From assembly GCA_018384485.1 (NCBI GenBank), contig JAHBAE010000064.1, positions 2,015 through 66,014 on the forward strand: a stretch of DNA of 64,000 nt, given 5' to 3'. How positions within the stretch are numbered: the first letter of the stretch is position 1; each line of letters begins with the position of its first letter. The notes under the pieces were generated by a model. It was given only the letters and a program-made list of their open reading frames with translations. It ran no database searches and was not told the origin of the DNA. Below, piece by piece: positions 18,267 to 27,700 of this stretch. The position numbers and the translations under genes are program-made. The DNA comes from Kiritimatiellia bacterium. GTDB lineage: Bacteria > Verrucomicrobiota > Kiritimatiellia > RFP12 > UBA1067.

Positions 18267-19577
18267 GTGGGAGAATATCTCAAGATTGCGCGCCTCGTTT
18301 GGCCGCTTGCTCTTGGCATGATGAATAATGCCATCATGCAATTTGTCGACCGCGCCTATCTTTCCGGCTATTCGCTTTCTGCGCTTGAAGCGGTGCTTCC
18401 CGCTGGGATGCTCATGTGGATTTTCGCAGGCTTCTTCCAGGCGGTAGTGGGATATTCTTCCGTTTTTGTGGGCTTAAGCCACGGGGCTGGCGACAAGCGA
18501 GGGTCTACAACGGCTTACCGCGCTGCACTTTGGCTTGCTCTTGCGGCATCTATCGTTTCAATTCCTCTAATTCCCGTGGGCGAATGGGCGTTATCATTCT
18601 CCTCAATATCAGGCGAGGGTCTTGCCTTCGCGAAGGATTATTACGCCATTGTGATGGGCGGCACATTTGCAATTTACGGGCAGATGGCGGCCTCTGCGTA
18701 TTTTACGGGGCTTGGGCGCACGAGAGTTGTTTTATGGGTGAATGTTCTCGGAAATATTTTCAACATAGCTCTCGATCCCATTTTAATTTTTGTTTTAGAT
18801 ATGGGTATAGCGGGCGCTGCGTGGGCGACAGTCGTTGCGGCTGTGATGCAAATGCTATTTCTCTACGGTTTAGCGGAGTTTGATGTACGCAAGCGCGGCA
18901 GAGGTTCAATCGGCTGCAAGGCGGTCATGGTAAAGATTCTTCGTTTTGGCACTCCTTCTGGGCTTTATTCCGTAGTCAACTGCCTTTCCTTCACGATATT
19001 CGTATTTGTCACTGGCGGAGTCGGTGAGTTTGAGCTTGCGGTGTCGAACGCGTGTTTTACGGTAAATTATTTTCTTTTCGCTCCGATGGAAGGCTTTGCG
19101 CTTGGAGCATCTACGCTCGTTGCGCAGGCGATAGGAGCTAAGGACATACCGCTTGCGCGGCGTTCAGCGAGAAAGACGGTCTTTATGGGCGTTGCGTTGG
19201 CGGCCATCTGTTCGCTCGCCGCCGTCGTTTTCGCCCATCCCATCCTTTCTGTTTTCGCAATGAAAGCGGGCGAGCGCGCAGAGGATTTCATTGCGCTTGG
19301 CAAGGTCCTTTTTCTGGTGATGGCGGCATGGCAGATTTTTGACGCGGCGGACATTGTTCTTTCAGGCGCGCTGAAAGGAGCGGGTGATACGAAATTTGTC
19401 ATGGGATGGATGTGCGTATGCGTCCTTCTGTGGCTGCCGATGGTTTTTGTCGTAAAGCAAGTTCATAACACGATGCCTGCCCTTTGGTCTACACAGATAG
19501 TGTACGTTGTTCTCATCTTCGTAGGCTCCCTTGTCAGGTGGCATCGCGGCTCGTGGGAACGGCGTTTGACAGGTTGA
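18267..19577 (+). CDS. MATE family efflux transporter
   Basis: About 12 hydrophobic segments and a MATE-like N-terminus (WPLALGMMNNAIMQFVDRAYLS). GTG start with GAGGAA 9 nt upstream. Confidence 0.8.
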   Translation: MGEYLKIARLVWPLALGMMNNAIMQFVDRAYLSGYSLSALEAVLPAGMLMWIFAGFFQAVVGYSSVFVGLSHGAGDKRGSTTAYRAALWLALAASIVSIPLIPVGEWALSFSSISGEGLAFAKDYYAIVMGGTFAIYGQMAASAYFTGLGRTRVVLWVNVLGNIFNIALDPILIFVLDMGIAGAAWATVVAAVMQMLFLYGLAEFDVRKRGRGSIGCKAVMVKILRFGTPSGLYSVVNCLSFTIFVFVTGGVGEFELAVSNACFTVNYFLFAPMEGFALGASTLVAQAIGAKDIPLARRSARKTVFMGVALAAICSLAAVVFAHPILSVFAMKAGERAEDFIALGKVLFLVMAAWQIFDAADIVLSGALKGAGDTKFVMGWMCVCVLLWLPMVFVVKQVHNTMPALWSTQIVYVVLIFVGSLVRWHRGSWERRLTG

Positions 19578-19581
19578 TTTT

Positions 19582-19590
19582 TGATATAAT
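19582..19590 (+). promoter_or_regulatory. Extended -10 promoter TGATATAAT (near-leaderless parE-like mRNA)
   Basis: TGATATAATACG; the -10 ends 11 nt before ATG 19602, with no SD in between. Confidence 0.55.
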
Positions 19591-19601
19591 ACGCAACAAT
19601 T

Positions 19602-21446
19602 ATGGCTAAAGCATACGGAGAGAAAGATATAGTAACCCTTGACCCGGTGGCTCACATCCGGATGAGGCCTGGCATGTACGTGGGTGAGCCGGGCACGGGG
19701 GCGATGTACCATGACTGCATTTACATCCTTCTGAAGGAGGTAATCGATAATTCCATCGATGAATTTGTGATGGGCGAAGGCAAGCGCATCGATGTTTCTG
19801 TAGATTATGCGACAGGCGAGACGAGTGTTCGCGATTACGGGCGCGGCATCCCGCTTGGCAAAGTCGTCGAATGCGTAAGCGAAATGAATACAGGCGGCAA
19901 GTTCGATTCCGATGCATTCCAGTTTTCTGCCGGTATGAACGGAGTAGGAACGAAAGCCGTCAATGCGCTTTCCGAATTTTTCGAGGTAAGGTCGGTTCGC
20001 GACGGAGAGTTTTCCGAGGCTAAATTCGTTGAAGGGCGCTTTAAATCAAAAAAGCGCGGCAAGGCGACGTCCTCCGAGCAGCGCGGTACATTCATCCGCT
20101 ATAAACCCGATGTTAAGGTGTTGAAGAATTTCAAGGTCCGCGAGGATCATGTTCTAAGGCGCATGAAGATGTATTGCTATGTCAATGCAGGCCTTACCAT
20201 AACCCTTAACGGTCAGGAGATACGTTCTTCAAAGGGGCTTGAAGATTTGATTGCAGACGAAGCCCAGTTTGAAAAGCTTTACCGCCCGTTCCATCTCAAG
20301 ACAAAAGATTTCGAAATAATCTTTACCCACACTAACAGATTTGGCGAGGAATATTATTCATTCGTCAACGGCCAGTACACGACAGACGGCGGCACACATC
20401 TGACTGCGTTCAAGGAAGCGCTTACGAAAGCGCTCAACGAGTACGACACGAAAAAGAAATTCGATGGCGACGATATCCGCGATGGCCTTGTGGGGGCGGT
20501 GTCGCTGAGGATAATGAATCCCGTATTCGAAGGGCAGACGAAAATCAAGCTTGTGATGAACGATATCCGTGCAGATCTCGTCCAACAAATGAAGAAGGAG
20601 ATTCTTGCAACTCTTCACAGGTCTCCGTCTGAAACGGAAAAGCTCATTTCAAAGATTGAGGAAACGGGTAAAATCCGTTCGCAGCTTAATACCATCAAAA
20701 AGCAGGCGAGGGAGAGGACGCAAGCCGTATCGGTGCGCGTTCCTCAGCTGAAGGATTCGAAGAACCATCTGAGGCTTGATAAGATTTCAAAGAAGACGGG
20801 CAAGCCGGAAGGCTCCGATACGATGATTTTTCTTACGGAGGGAAAATCCGCAGGAGGTACTCTCGGCAACGCGCGTGACGCTTTGAATCAGGCCGTGTTC
20901 TTCTTGCGCGGCAAGCCGCTAAACACGTGTGGTCTCAACAAAGATGTTCTTTATAAGAACGAAGAGTTCTTCAATCTCATAAAGACTCTTGATGTGGATG
21001 AGTCTCTTGAAAGGCTGCGTTACGGTAAAATCATTTTTGCGACCGATGCCGATGTTGATGGTCTTCATATCCGCATGTTGCTTTCCACGTTCTTTATGCG
21101 TTTTTATCGTCAGCTCATCATTGATGGACGGGTATTCATTCTAGAAACACCACTTTACCGCGTGAGAAACAAGAAGGAGCAGCACTACTGCTTCACGGAG
21201 GAGGAGCGTGAAAAGGCAATTCGCGCCTGTGGTCCCCGTTGTGAGATTACTCGTTTCAAGGGGCTTGGTGAGCTTAATGCAAAGGAGTTTAAGGATTTCA
21301 TTGGTCCCGATATGCGTCTTACGCCAGTGACGTGCACTGATGATACGGATGTAGAGAAGACTATAAAATTCTATATGGGCGCCAACACTCCCGAACGAAA
21401 GAATTACATAATGGATTCTCTCGTTTGTGACGCGAGTGATTTCTAA
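19602..21446 (+). CDS. parE: Type IIA topoisomerase B subunit, short ParE-like form
   Basis: GHKL motifs EVIDNSIDE, DYGRGIP and GGKF..SAGMNGVGTKAVNALS. Toprim EGKSAGG and DADVDGLHI. At 614 aa it lacks a GyrB-type insertion, and a separate gyrB lies at nt 1-396. Confidence 0.82.
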   Translation: MAKAYGEKDIVTLDPVAHIRMRPGMYVGEPGTGAMYHDCIYILLKEVIDNSIDEFVMGEGKRIDVSVDYATGETSVRDYGRGIPLGKVVECVSEMNTGGKFDSDAFQFSAGMNGVGTKAVNALSEFFEVRSVRDGEFSEAKFVEGRFKSKKRGKATSSEQRGTFIRYKPDVKVLKNFKVREDHVLRRMKMYCYVNAGLTITLNGQEIRSSKGLEDLIADEAQFEKLYRPFHLKTKDFEIIFTHTNRFGEEYYSFVNGQYTTDGGTHLTAFKEALTKALNEYDTKKKFDGDDIRDGLVGAVSLRIMNPVFEGQTKIKLVMNDIRADLVQQMKKEILATLHRSPSETEKLISKIEETGKIRSQLNTIKKQARERTQAVSVRVPQLKDSKNHLRLDKISKKTGKPEGSDTMIFLTEGKSAGGTLGNARDALNQAVFFLRGKPLNTCGLNKDVLYKNEEFFNLIKTLDVDESLERLRYGKIIFATDADVDGLHIRMLLSTFFMRFYRQLIIDGRVFILETPLYRVRNKKEQHYCFTEEEREKAIRACGPRCEITRFKGLGELNAKEFKDFIGPDMRLTPVTCTDDTDVEKTIKFYMGANTPERKNYIMDSLVCDASDF

Positions 21447-21507
21447 GATAGTAGCCGCGTAATTTTTTATTCTCTCTAATTCTTTTTTGAAGATGCGCCC
21501 GTTCGAA

Positions 21508-21593
21508 AATGGGTAAGGGTGTGATTTTTCCGAATTTTGAAATCCTTAAAGGGGAGTGGATGTTACACGGAAGAATCACACCCAATGGGTAAG
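21508..21593. repeat. 66-bp inverted-repeat element flanked by 10-bp direct repeats (MITE-like or operator-like)
   Basis: AATGGGTAAG occurs at 21508-21517 and 21584-21593. GGGTGTGATT (21517-21526) is the reverse complement of AATCACACCC (21574-21583), and the stem is extended by TCCG/CGGA (21529-32 / 21568-71). Confidence 0.5.
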
Positions 21594-21630
21594 CTCTAGA
21601 CTTTAGTGCGTTGTGCCACGGACTGATTTT

Positions 21631-21639
21631 TGATACAAT
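21631..21639 (+). promoter_or_regulatory. Extended -10 promoter TGATACAAT (leaderless MFS mRNA)
   Basis: The -10 TACAAT ends 7 nt before ATG 21647; there is no SD. Confidence 0.5.
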
Positions 21640-21646
21640 ACTTATT

Positions 21647-23113
21647 ATGAAAAAATCAACAAACTTCCGTTGGATTATCTGTTCGTTGCTTTTCTTTGCA
21701 ACAACGGTAAATTACCTTGATCGTCAAGTCCTTTCTCTTACTTATAAGGACTTTATAGCTCCGGTGTTTGGATGGACCGATAATGATTACGGCACGATTA
21801 CTGGAGTCTTTTCCATTATATATGCGCTGAGCAATCTTTTTGCCGGTAGGTTCATAGATTGGCTCGGCACGAGGAAGGGGTATCTTTGGGCGATTTTCAT
21901 CTGGTCGCTCGGCGCGTGTCTTCATGCGGCGTGCGGAGCTGGCTCTTCCGCGCTTGCGGCTGTTGGCTTCCTCGGCATGATGGGCATGACCACTTCCGTA
22001 TGGCTCTTCCTCGCTTGCCGCTCAGTCCTTGCCGTCGGTGAGGCGGGCAACTTCCCTGCGGCAATTAAGGTGACGGCCGAATACTTCCCCAAGAAGGATC
22101 GCGCTTTTGCCACCTCGATTTTTAATTCAGGCTCTTCCGTCGGTGCGCTTGCCGCTCCTCTTACCATTCCGCTTATTGCGAAGTTCTGGGGCTGGGAGAT
22201 GTCGTTTATCATCGTTGGCGCAGCAGGCTTTGTGTGGATGGGCTTTTGGATGTGGCTTTACAAAAAGCCTTCCGTCAACCCTCACGTCAATGCGGCGGAA
22301 CTTGAGTATATCAACAGCGATGAAGATGCCTCTGATGCCTCGGCGGCGGTGAAGGAGGATGAAGGGCCGAAAATCAACTATCTCAAGGCCTTTTCGCTTC
22401 GTCAGACATGGGCGCTTGTTCTCGGGCGTTTCCTTACAGACGGCGTTTGGTGGTTCTTCCTCTTTTGGACACCCGTCTATCTTTCCGATCAGTTTGGTTA
22501 CAAGACTTCCGACGGAATGGGGATGGCGCTTATCTTCACTCTCTACGCGATCGTGACGTTCGTTTCTATCTACCTTTGCAAGATTCCCACCTTCATGGTC
22601 GATAAGCGCGGCATGAATCCTTACGAGGGGCGCATGATTGCGATGTTCCTCTTTGCCTGCTTCCCGCTTCTTGCTCTCGGCGCGCAGCCCCTCGGCGCGT
22701 ATTCGGCGTGGTTCCCGGCCGTTCTCATCGGCCTTGCCTGCGCAGGCCATCAGGCGTGGAGCGCAAATATTTATTCTGTAGTCGGCGATATGTTCCCGAA
22801 GTCCACAATCGGCACTTTGACGGGCATCGCGCAATTCGCCGCCGGTTGCGGAAGCTTTATCGTAAACAAGGGAGCCGGCAAGCTTTTCTCGTATGCTGCG
22901 GGCACAACGTTTGTTGACGGCAAGGAAGTTGAAATGACAAAAGAGCTTCTTGAAAAGGGCGCTGAATACGCTACTCCCGCGCTTGAGTTTTTGGGCTATA
23001 CGGGCAAGCCCGCAGGCTACTCAATCGTGTTCGGCTACTGCGCCGTTGCCTACCTTGTAGGCTGGCTTTGCATGAAAACGCTCGTTCCGAAGTATAAAAA
23101 AGTGGAGCTTTAA
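21647..23113 (+). CDS. MFS transporter, ACS/hexuronate (ExuT-like) type
   Basis: MKKSTNFRWIICSLLFFATTVNYLDRQVLS is a typical N-terminus, and there are about 12 TM segments. Start moved from the track's 21611 to ATG 21647. Confidence 0.78.
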   Translation: MKKSTNFRWIICSLLFFATTVNYLDRQVLSLTYKDFIAPVFGWTDNDYGTITGVFSIIYALSNLFAGRFIDWLGTRKGYLWAIFIWSLGACLHAACGAGSSALAAVGFLGMMGMTTSVWLFLACRSVLAVGEAGNFPAAIKVTAEYFPKKDRAFATSIFNSGSSVGALAAPLTIPLIAKFWGWEMSFIIVGAAGFVWMGFWMWLYKKPSVNPHVNAAELEYINSDEDASDASAAVKEDEGPKINYLKAFSLRQTWALVLGRFLTDGVWWFFLFWTPVYLSDQFGYKTSDGMGMALIFTLYAIVTFVSIYLCKIPTFMVDKRGMNPYEGRMIAMFLFACFPLLALGAQPLGAYSAWFPAVLIGLACAGHQAWSANIYSVVGDMFPKSTIGTLTGIAQFAAGCGSFIVNKGAGKLFSYAAGTTFVDGKEVEMTKELLEKGAEYATPALEFLGYTGKPAGYSIVFGYCAVAYLVGWLCMKTLVPKYKKVEL

Positions 23114-23115
23114 GA

Positions 23116-24702
23116 ATGAAACTTAATCTTGATTCAATCAGAAATGAAAAGGCCGCCTGGGAAAAGGCCAATGTAAAACTGCCCACATTCGATATAGCTG
23201 CCGTACGCGAGCGCACGGCAGCGCATCCTGAATGGGTTCATTTCGGCGCGGGCAATATCTTTCGCGGGTTTATCGGGTCGCTCAATCAGCGTCTTCTTGA
23301 AAAAGGGCTTGTCGATACGGGCATCGTTGCCTGCGATACTTTCGACTACGAGGTGATTGAGAAGATTTACGATGCGCATGATTCTTTGACGTTAAATGTT
23401 CTTCTTAATCCCGACGGCACGACGACGCGAGAGGTGCTCGCAGGTGTTGCGGAAGGCGTCAAAGTTGATTTCTCCTCTGCCGAATCCGCCGCGAAAATGC
23501 GCTCTCTTTTTACCGCGCAGTCGTTGAAGCTCGTTTCGTTTACGATTACCGAGAAGGGCTATCGCCTGCGTTCACCCGACGGCGAGTATCTGCCTGTTGT
23601 CGCTTCCGACATTAAGGCTGGGCCTTCCGCCCCGTGCCACGTGATGTCGATCGTCGCGTCGCTCCTCCTTGAGCGTTTTAAAGCCAACGCCGCGCCCATC
23701 GCCGTAGTTTCAATGGATAACTGTGCGCATAACGGCGATAAGCTGCGCGAGAGCGTTGTTGAAATTGCCCACGCATGGGTCGAGAATTCTTTTGCTCCTT
23801 CGGAATTTCTCAATTACATAGAGGATGAGAAGAAAGTCTCCTTCCCGTGGACGATGATAGATAAGATAACTCCCCGCCCTCACCCGCAGGTGCGCAAGTC
23901 GCTGGAGGATGACGGCATAGAGGGAATGGAGCCAATCATAACTTCAAGGAAGACTTTTATTGCGGCATTCGTCAATGCAGAAAAGCCGCAGTATCTCGTT
24001 GTGGAGGATTCGTTCCCGAATGGGAGGCCTCAGCTTGAAGAATCTGGGGTTGTTTTCTGCGACCGCGAAAGCGTTGACAAGTGCGAGAAGATGAAGGTTA
24101 CCACATGCCTTAATCCTCTTCACACGGCGATGTCGATGTACGGTTGCCTCCTCGGCTACACGCTTATTTGCGAAGAGATGAAGGATGAGGATATCGTCCG
24201 CCTCATTCGCACTCTCGGGTACAAGGAGGGGTTGCCCGTGGTTGTTGACCCGGGCATCATCTCGCCTAAGGCATTCATCGACGAGGTCGTTTGCGAGCGC
24301 CTGCCCAATCCGTTCATGCCTGATGATCCTCGCAGAATCGCCACCGACACATCGCAGAAACTTGGGCCGCGTTTCGGAGAAACGATCAAAAGCTATATTC
24401 GGAAGGGCCTCTCTCTCGATTCTCTCGTCGCCATCCCCATGGCCATTGCAGGTTGGCTTCGTTATCTTCAAGGAACTTTTGACGACGGAACGCCGATGGA
24501 GGTTTCTCCCGATCCTCTCAAGGACGAGTTGATGGCGAAGGTTGCCGCAGGTGAAATCAGAAGCATACTTTCAAATGCGTCGATTTTCGGGCTTGATCTT
24601 ACTCAAACATCTCTTGCCTCAAGGATTGAAGGGTATTACGAGCGTCTTTCCGCGGGGGCCGGTTCTGTAAGAAAGTTCTTGAAGGAAGAGCTGGAAGGGT
24701 GA
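23116..24702 (+). CDS. Mannitol dehydrogenase-family oxidoreductase (mannonate/altronate oxidoreductase-like)
   Basis: Rossmann start WVHFGAGNIFRGF, about 528 aa, directly coupled to the hexuronate-type transporter. I am not sure whether it is UxuB or UxaB. Confidence 0.72.
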   Translation: MKLNLDSIRNEKAAWEKANVKLPTFDIAAVRERTAAHPEWVHFGAGNIFRGFIGSLNQRLLEKGLVDTGIVACDTFDYEVIEKIYDAHDSLTLNVLLNPDGTTTREVLAGVAEGVKVDFSSAESAAKMRSLFTAQSLKLVSFTITEKGYRLRSPDGEYLPVVASDIKAGPSAPCHVMSIVASLLLERFKANAAPIAVVSMDNCAHNGDKLRESVVEIAHAWVENSFAPSEFLNYIEDEKKVSFPWTMIDKITPRPHPQVRKSLEDDGIEGMEPIITSRKTFIAAFVNAEKPQYLVVEDSFPNGRPQLEESGVVFCDRESVDKCEKMKVTTCLNPLHTAMSMYGCLLGYTLICEEMKDEDIVRLIRTLGYKEGLPVVVDPGIISPKAFIDEVVCERLPNPFMPDDPRRIATDTSQKLGPRFGETIKSYIRKGLSLDSLVAIPMAIAGWLRYLQGTFDDGTPMEVSPDPLKDELMAKVAAGEIRSILSNASIFGLDLTQTSLASRIEGYYERLSAGAGSVRKFLKEELEG

Positions 24703-24712
24703 GTTTGGGCAG

Positions 24713-27700
24713 ATGAAGCAAAGTCCGGCACCTGGGGAGTATCTTCTTAAATGGCGCGGTGATTTTATTGAAGTTACATTGGCTCTTCCTTCGCCGCGCA
24801 AGGGAAGGGCTCTTTTGCGCACCGATATCGGCGGCGCAAAAGAGCGGCGCGCAGAAATTATCGCGGAGGCGGAGCAGGATATATCTCCCCAGTCCATAGG
24901 CTGGAGAGATATTCCTCTTAAAGAAGTTTCTCCTGGAGTTTTTTCCTCTTCTATCGCGCTTGACGAGATAGGTGTTTTTTCAGGGAAGGTATGTTTCTTC
25001 CCTGAGGGAGTGGATGTTCCCGAATGGCCGGAAGGCGATAATTTCCGCATAAAGGTTCAAAGCTCGCAGACGAGGGCGAGCAATTCGATATATACCGTTT
25101 TCCCGCGTCAGTTCGGCTCGTTCCGCGAGGTTGTTCGCCGGCTTGACCATATTATGGGAAATATGGGTTTTAAAATAATCCAGACTCTTCCGCCTTTCCC
25201 TGTGCCTACGACTTATGCCGTGATGGGTGAATACGGTTGCCCATTCGCGGCGACTGATTTCTATTCTGTCGACCCTGCGATGGCGGAGTTTGATTCCGCG
25301 ACGACTCCTCTTGATCAATATGAGGAACTTATCGGAGCTGTGCATGCCCGAGGCGGGCTTTTGTTTCTCGACCTTCCCGCGAATCATACAGGCTGGGGTT
25401 CGACGTTGCAGTTGCATCATCCTGAATGGTTTAAAAGAGAAGCGGACGGCAAGTTCAAGTCTCCTGGAGCGTGGGGCGTTGTCTGGGAAGATCTTGTGGA
25501 GTTGGATTACTCCCATAAAGAGCTTTGGCATTATATGGCCGATGTATTCCTTTACTGGTGCCGCCGCGGTGTTGACGGTTTTAGGTGCGACGCGGGGTAT
25601 ATGATTCCAGAAAAAGTGTGGGCGTACATCGTTTCGAAAGTGCGCGAGGAACATCCCGACACCGTATTTATGCTTGAAGGTCTTGGCGGCGATCTTGCTG
25701 TCACGGATAATCTTCTTTCGCGCGCAGGGATAGATTGGGCGTATTCCGAGCTTTTTCAGACATATGACCGCGGTGCCTTCGAATGGTATCTGCCGCAGGC
25801 CGACACCCGTGCGGCTAAATTCGGCGCACTCGTTCATTTCGCCGAGACGCACGACAATTCCAGGCTTGCCGAGAAAGGTCAGACGTATGCCCGGCTTAGA
25901 GTGATTCTTTCCTCGCTTCTTTCGTGGCAGGGCGCGTGGGGGATTACGAACGGAGTTGAGTTTTTTGCATCGGAAAAAATCGATGTGCACGGCAAGAACG
26001 ATCTTAATTGGGGCGCCACTCCAAATATGGTCGATCTTATCTCTCGCCTTAATTTGATATTGAAGAATGAGCCTCTTTTTAGAGGGTGCTCGTCTGTTTC
26101 GCCGATAACCAGAGGCGATGGCAATACTCTTGCCGTACTTAAATATAAGGCGTCGAGCGGAAACCTTCCCGAAAGAAAACTTCTCGTTCTCGCAAACCTC
26201 GATTGCGCCTCTTCTGCTGAAATTGATTGGGACAGGAATAAGTTTGCGCATACTGAAGCTTTCGATCTTCTTACGGAGCGCAAGGTTTCTCTCGCAGGGC
26301 GCGTACATCTCGAGCCTGGGCAGGTTATGTGCCTTTCAGCATCTCCTGCGCCGGCTGTCGAGAAGAGAAAAGAGAGCCTTGAGATAGCCGCGTTCAATAT
26401 AGATCTTTCGTCAGATTTTACACGCGATGTTGTGATCCCCGCAGGCGTTGCGGTTGAAGTTTCAGATTCAGGCGAATTTAATCTCCGCGTTTCATGCAGA
26501 AAAACGAATCGCACGCTATCTGCCGTAAGAAGCGAGAAATGCAGGGGAAGAATGTTTTCGCCTCCTTATGAAGGCGACGGAACGCATTGCGCTTTCTATG
26601 ATGTTTCCGCCGAGCGTTACAGCGGCGGCAGTGTGAAGAGGGTGAAGTTCTCGCTCGCAGTTCCTCCTCCGTGGGAGAAGGCGGCTTTTCAGCTTCAGTT
26701 TGAAGGCGCTAAGGTGCGCAAGGAGCCGCTGTGGAGAAGTATTCTCGCAAATGGCGCAGGAGCGGTGGCGCAGATGCGCCTCGGCTGGGGACGTATAGCG
26801 TCGCAATACGATGCGCTTTTATCGGCGAATCCCGATAAGGAAGTTCCGTCTGACCGCATCAATGTATGGGCGCGCATGAGGTGCTGGTTGCAGTGCGAAG
26901 GGTACGTCAGGGAGTTTGACGAGAAATACGTAACGCTCTTTCAAGCCGATCCCGCCGGCCGTTTCGCCAAGTGGAGTTTCTCCGTTCCTTGCGGCATGGG
27001 GCGCAGAGCGGATTTTGTTTTTACGCATCGTCTCGTGCCTGGCGAGAATACAGCCGTTCTTACCGTCGAGCGTGTCAGTGCGAGAGGAAGCTCGTTCTCT
27101 GGCGAGGTGCGCCTTGTTTTCAGGCCTGATATCGAATGGCGCAGTTTCCACACTCCGATGAAAGCCTTCCTCGGCGCGGAAAAAGCGTTTCCGGCGGCGG
27201 TCAAGAAAATTTCAGACGAGCATGGCGAAGGCTTTGATTTCACTCCTGAAAAAGGCGCGTTCTCAATGCGTGTAAAGGGAGGAAGCTATCATAGCGAACC
27301 CGAGTGGGCGTACAACATCGCCCATTCCGAGGAAGCCGAGCGCGGCCTTGATCCTTCAGGCGATTTATTCTCGCCAGGGTGGATTTCCGCAGATTTCGCA
27401 ATTGGCTCGTCCGTCGAGGTTATCGGCGCATATCTGCGGCAAGGTGAAAAGTTTTCTTCGCCGCTTCCCGCTACCGAGGAGGAGAGAGCTGCGCTGATGC
27501 CGCTTGAGCAGGCGCTTCCAGAAGCGATGAGGCTTTTTATCGTAAAGCGCAACGAGCTTAAAACTGTCATTGCCGGCTACCCATGGTTTCTCGACTGGGG
27601 GCGCGATACGTTCATCTTTATGCGTGGTATGATTGCCGCGGGAATGATGAAAGAGTCAGTTGAGATATTGCGCGCTTTCGCGGCGTTTGAAGAAAACGGC

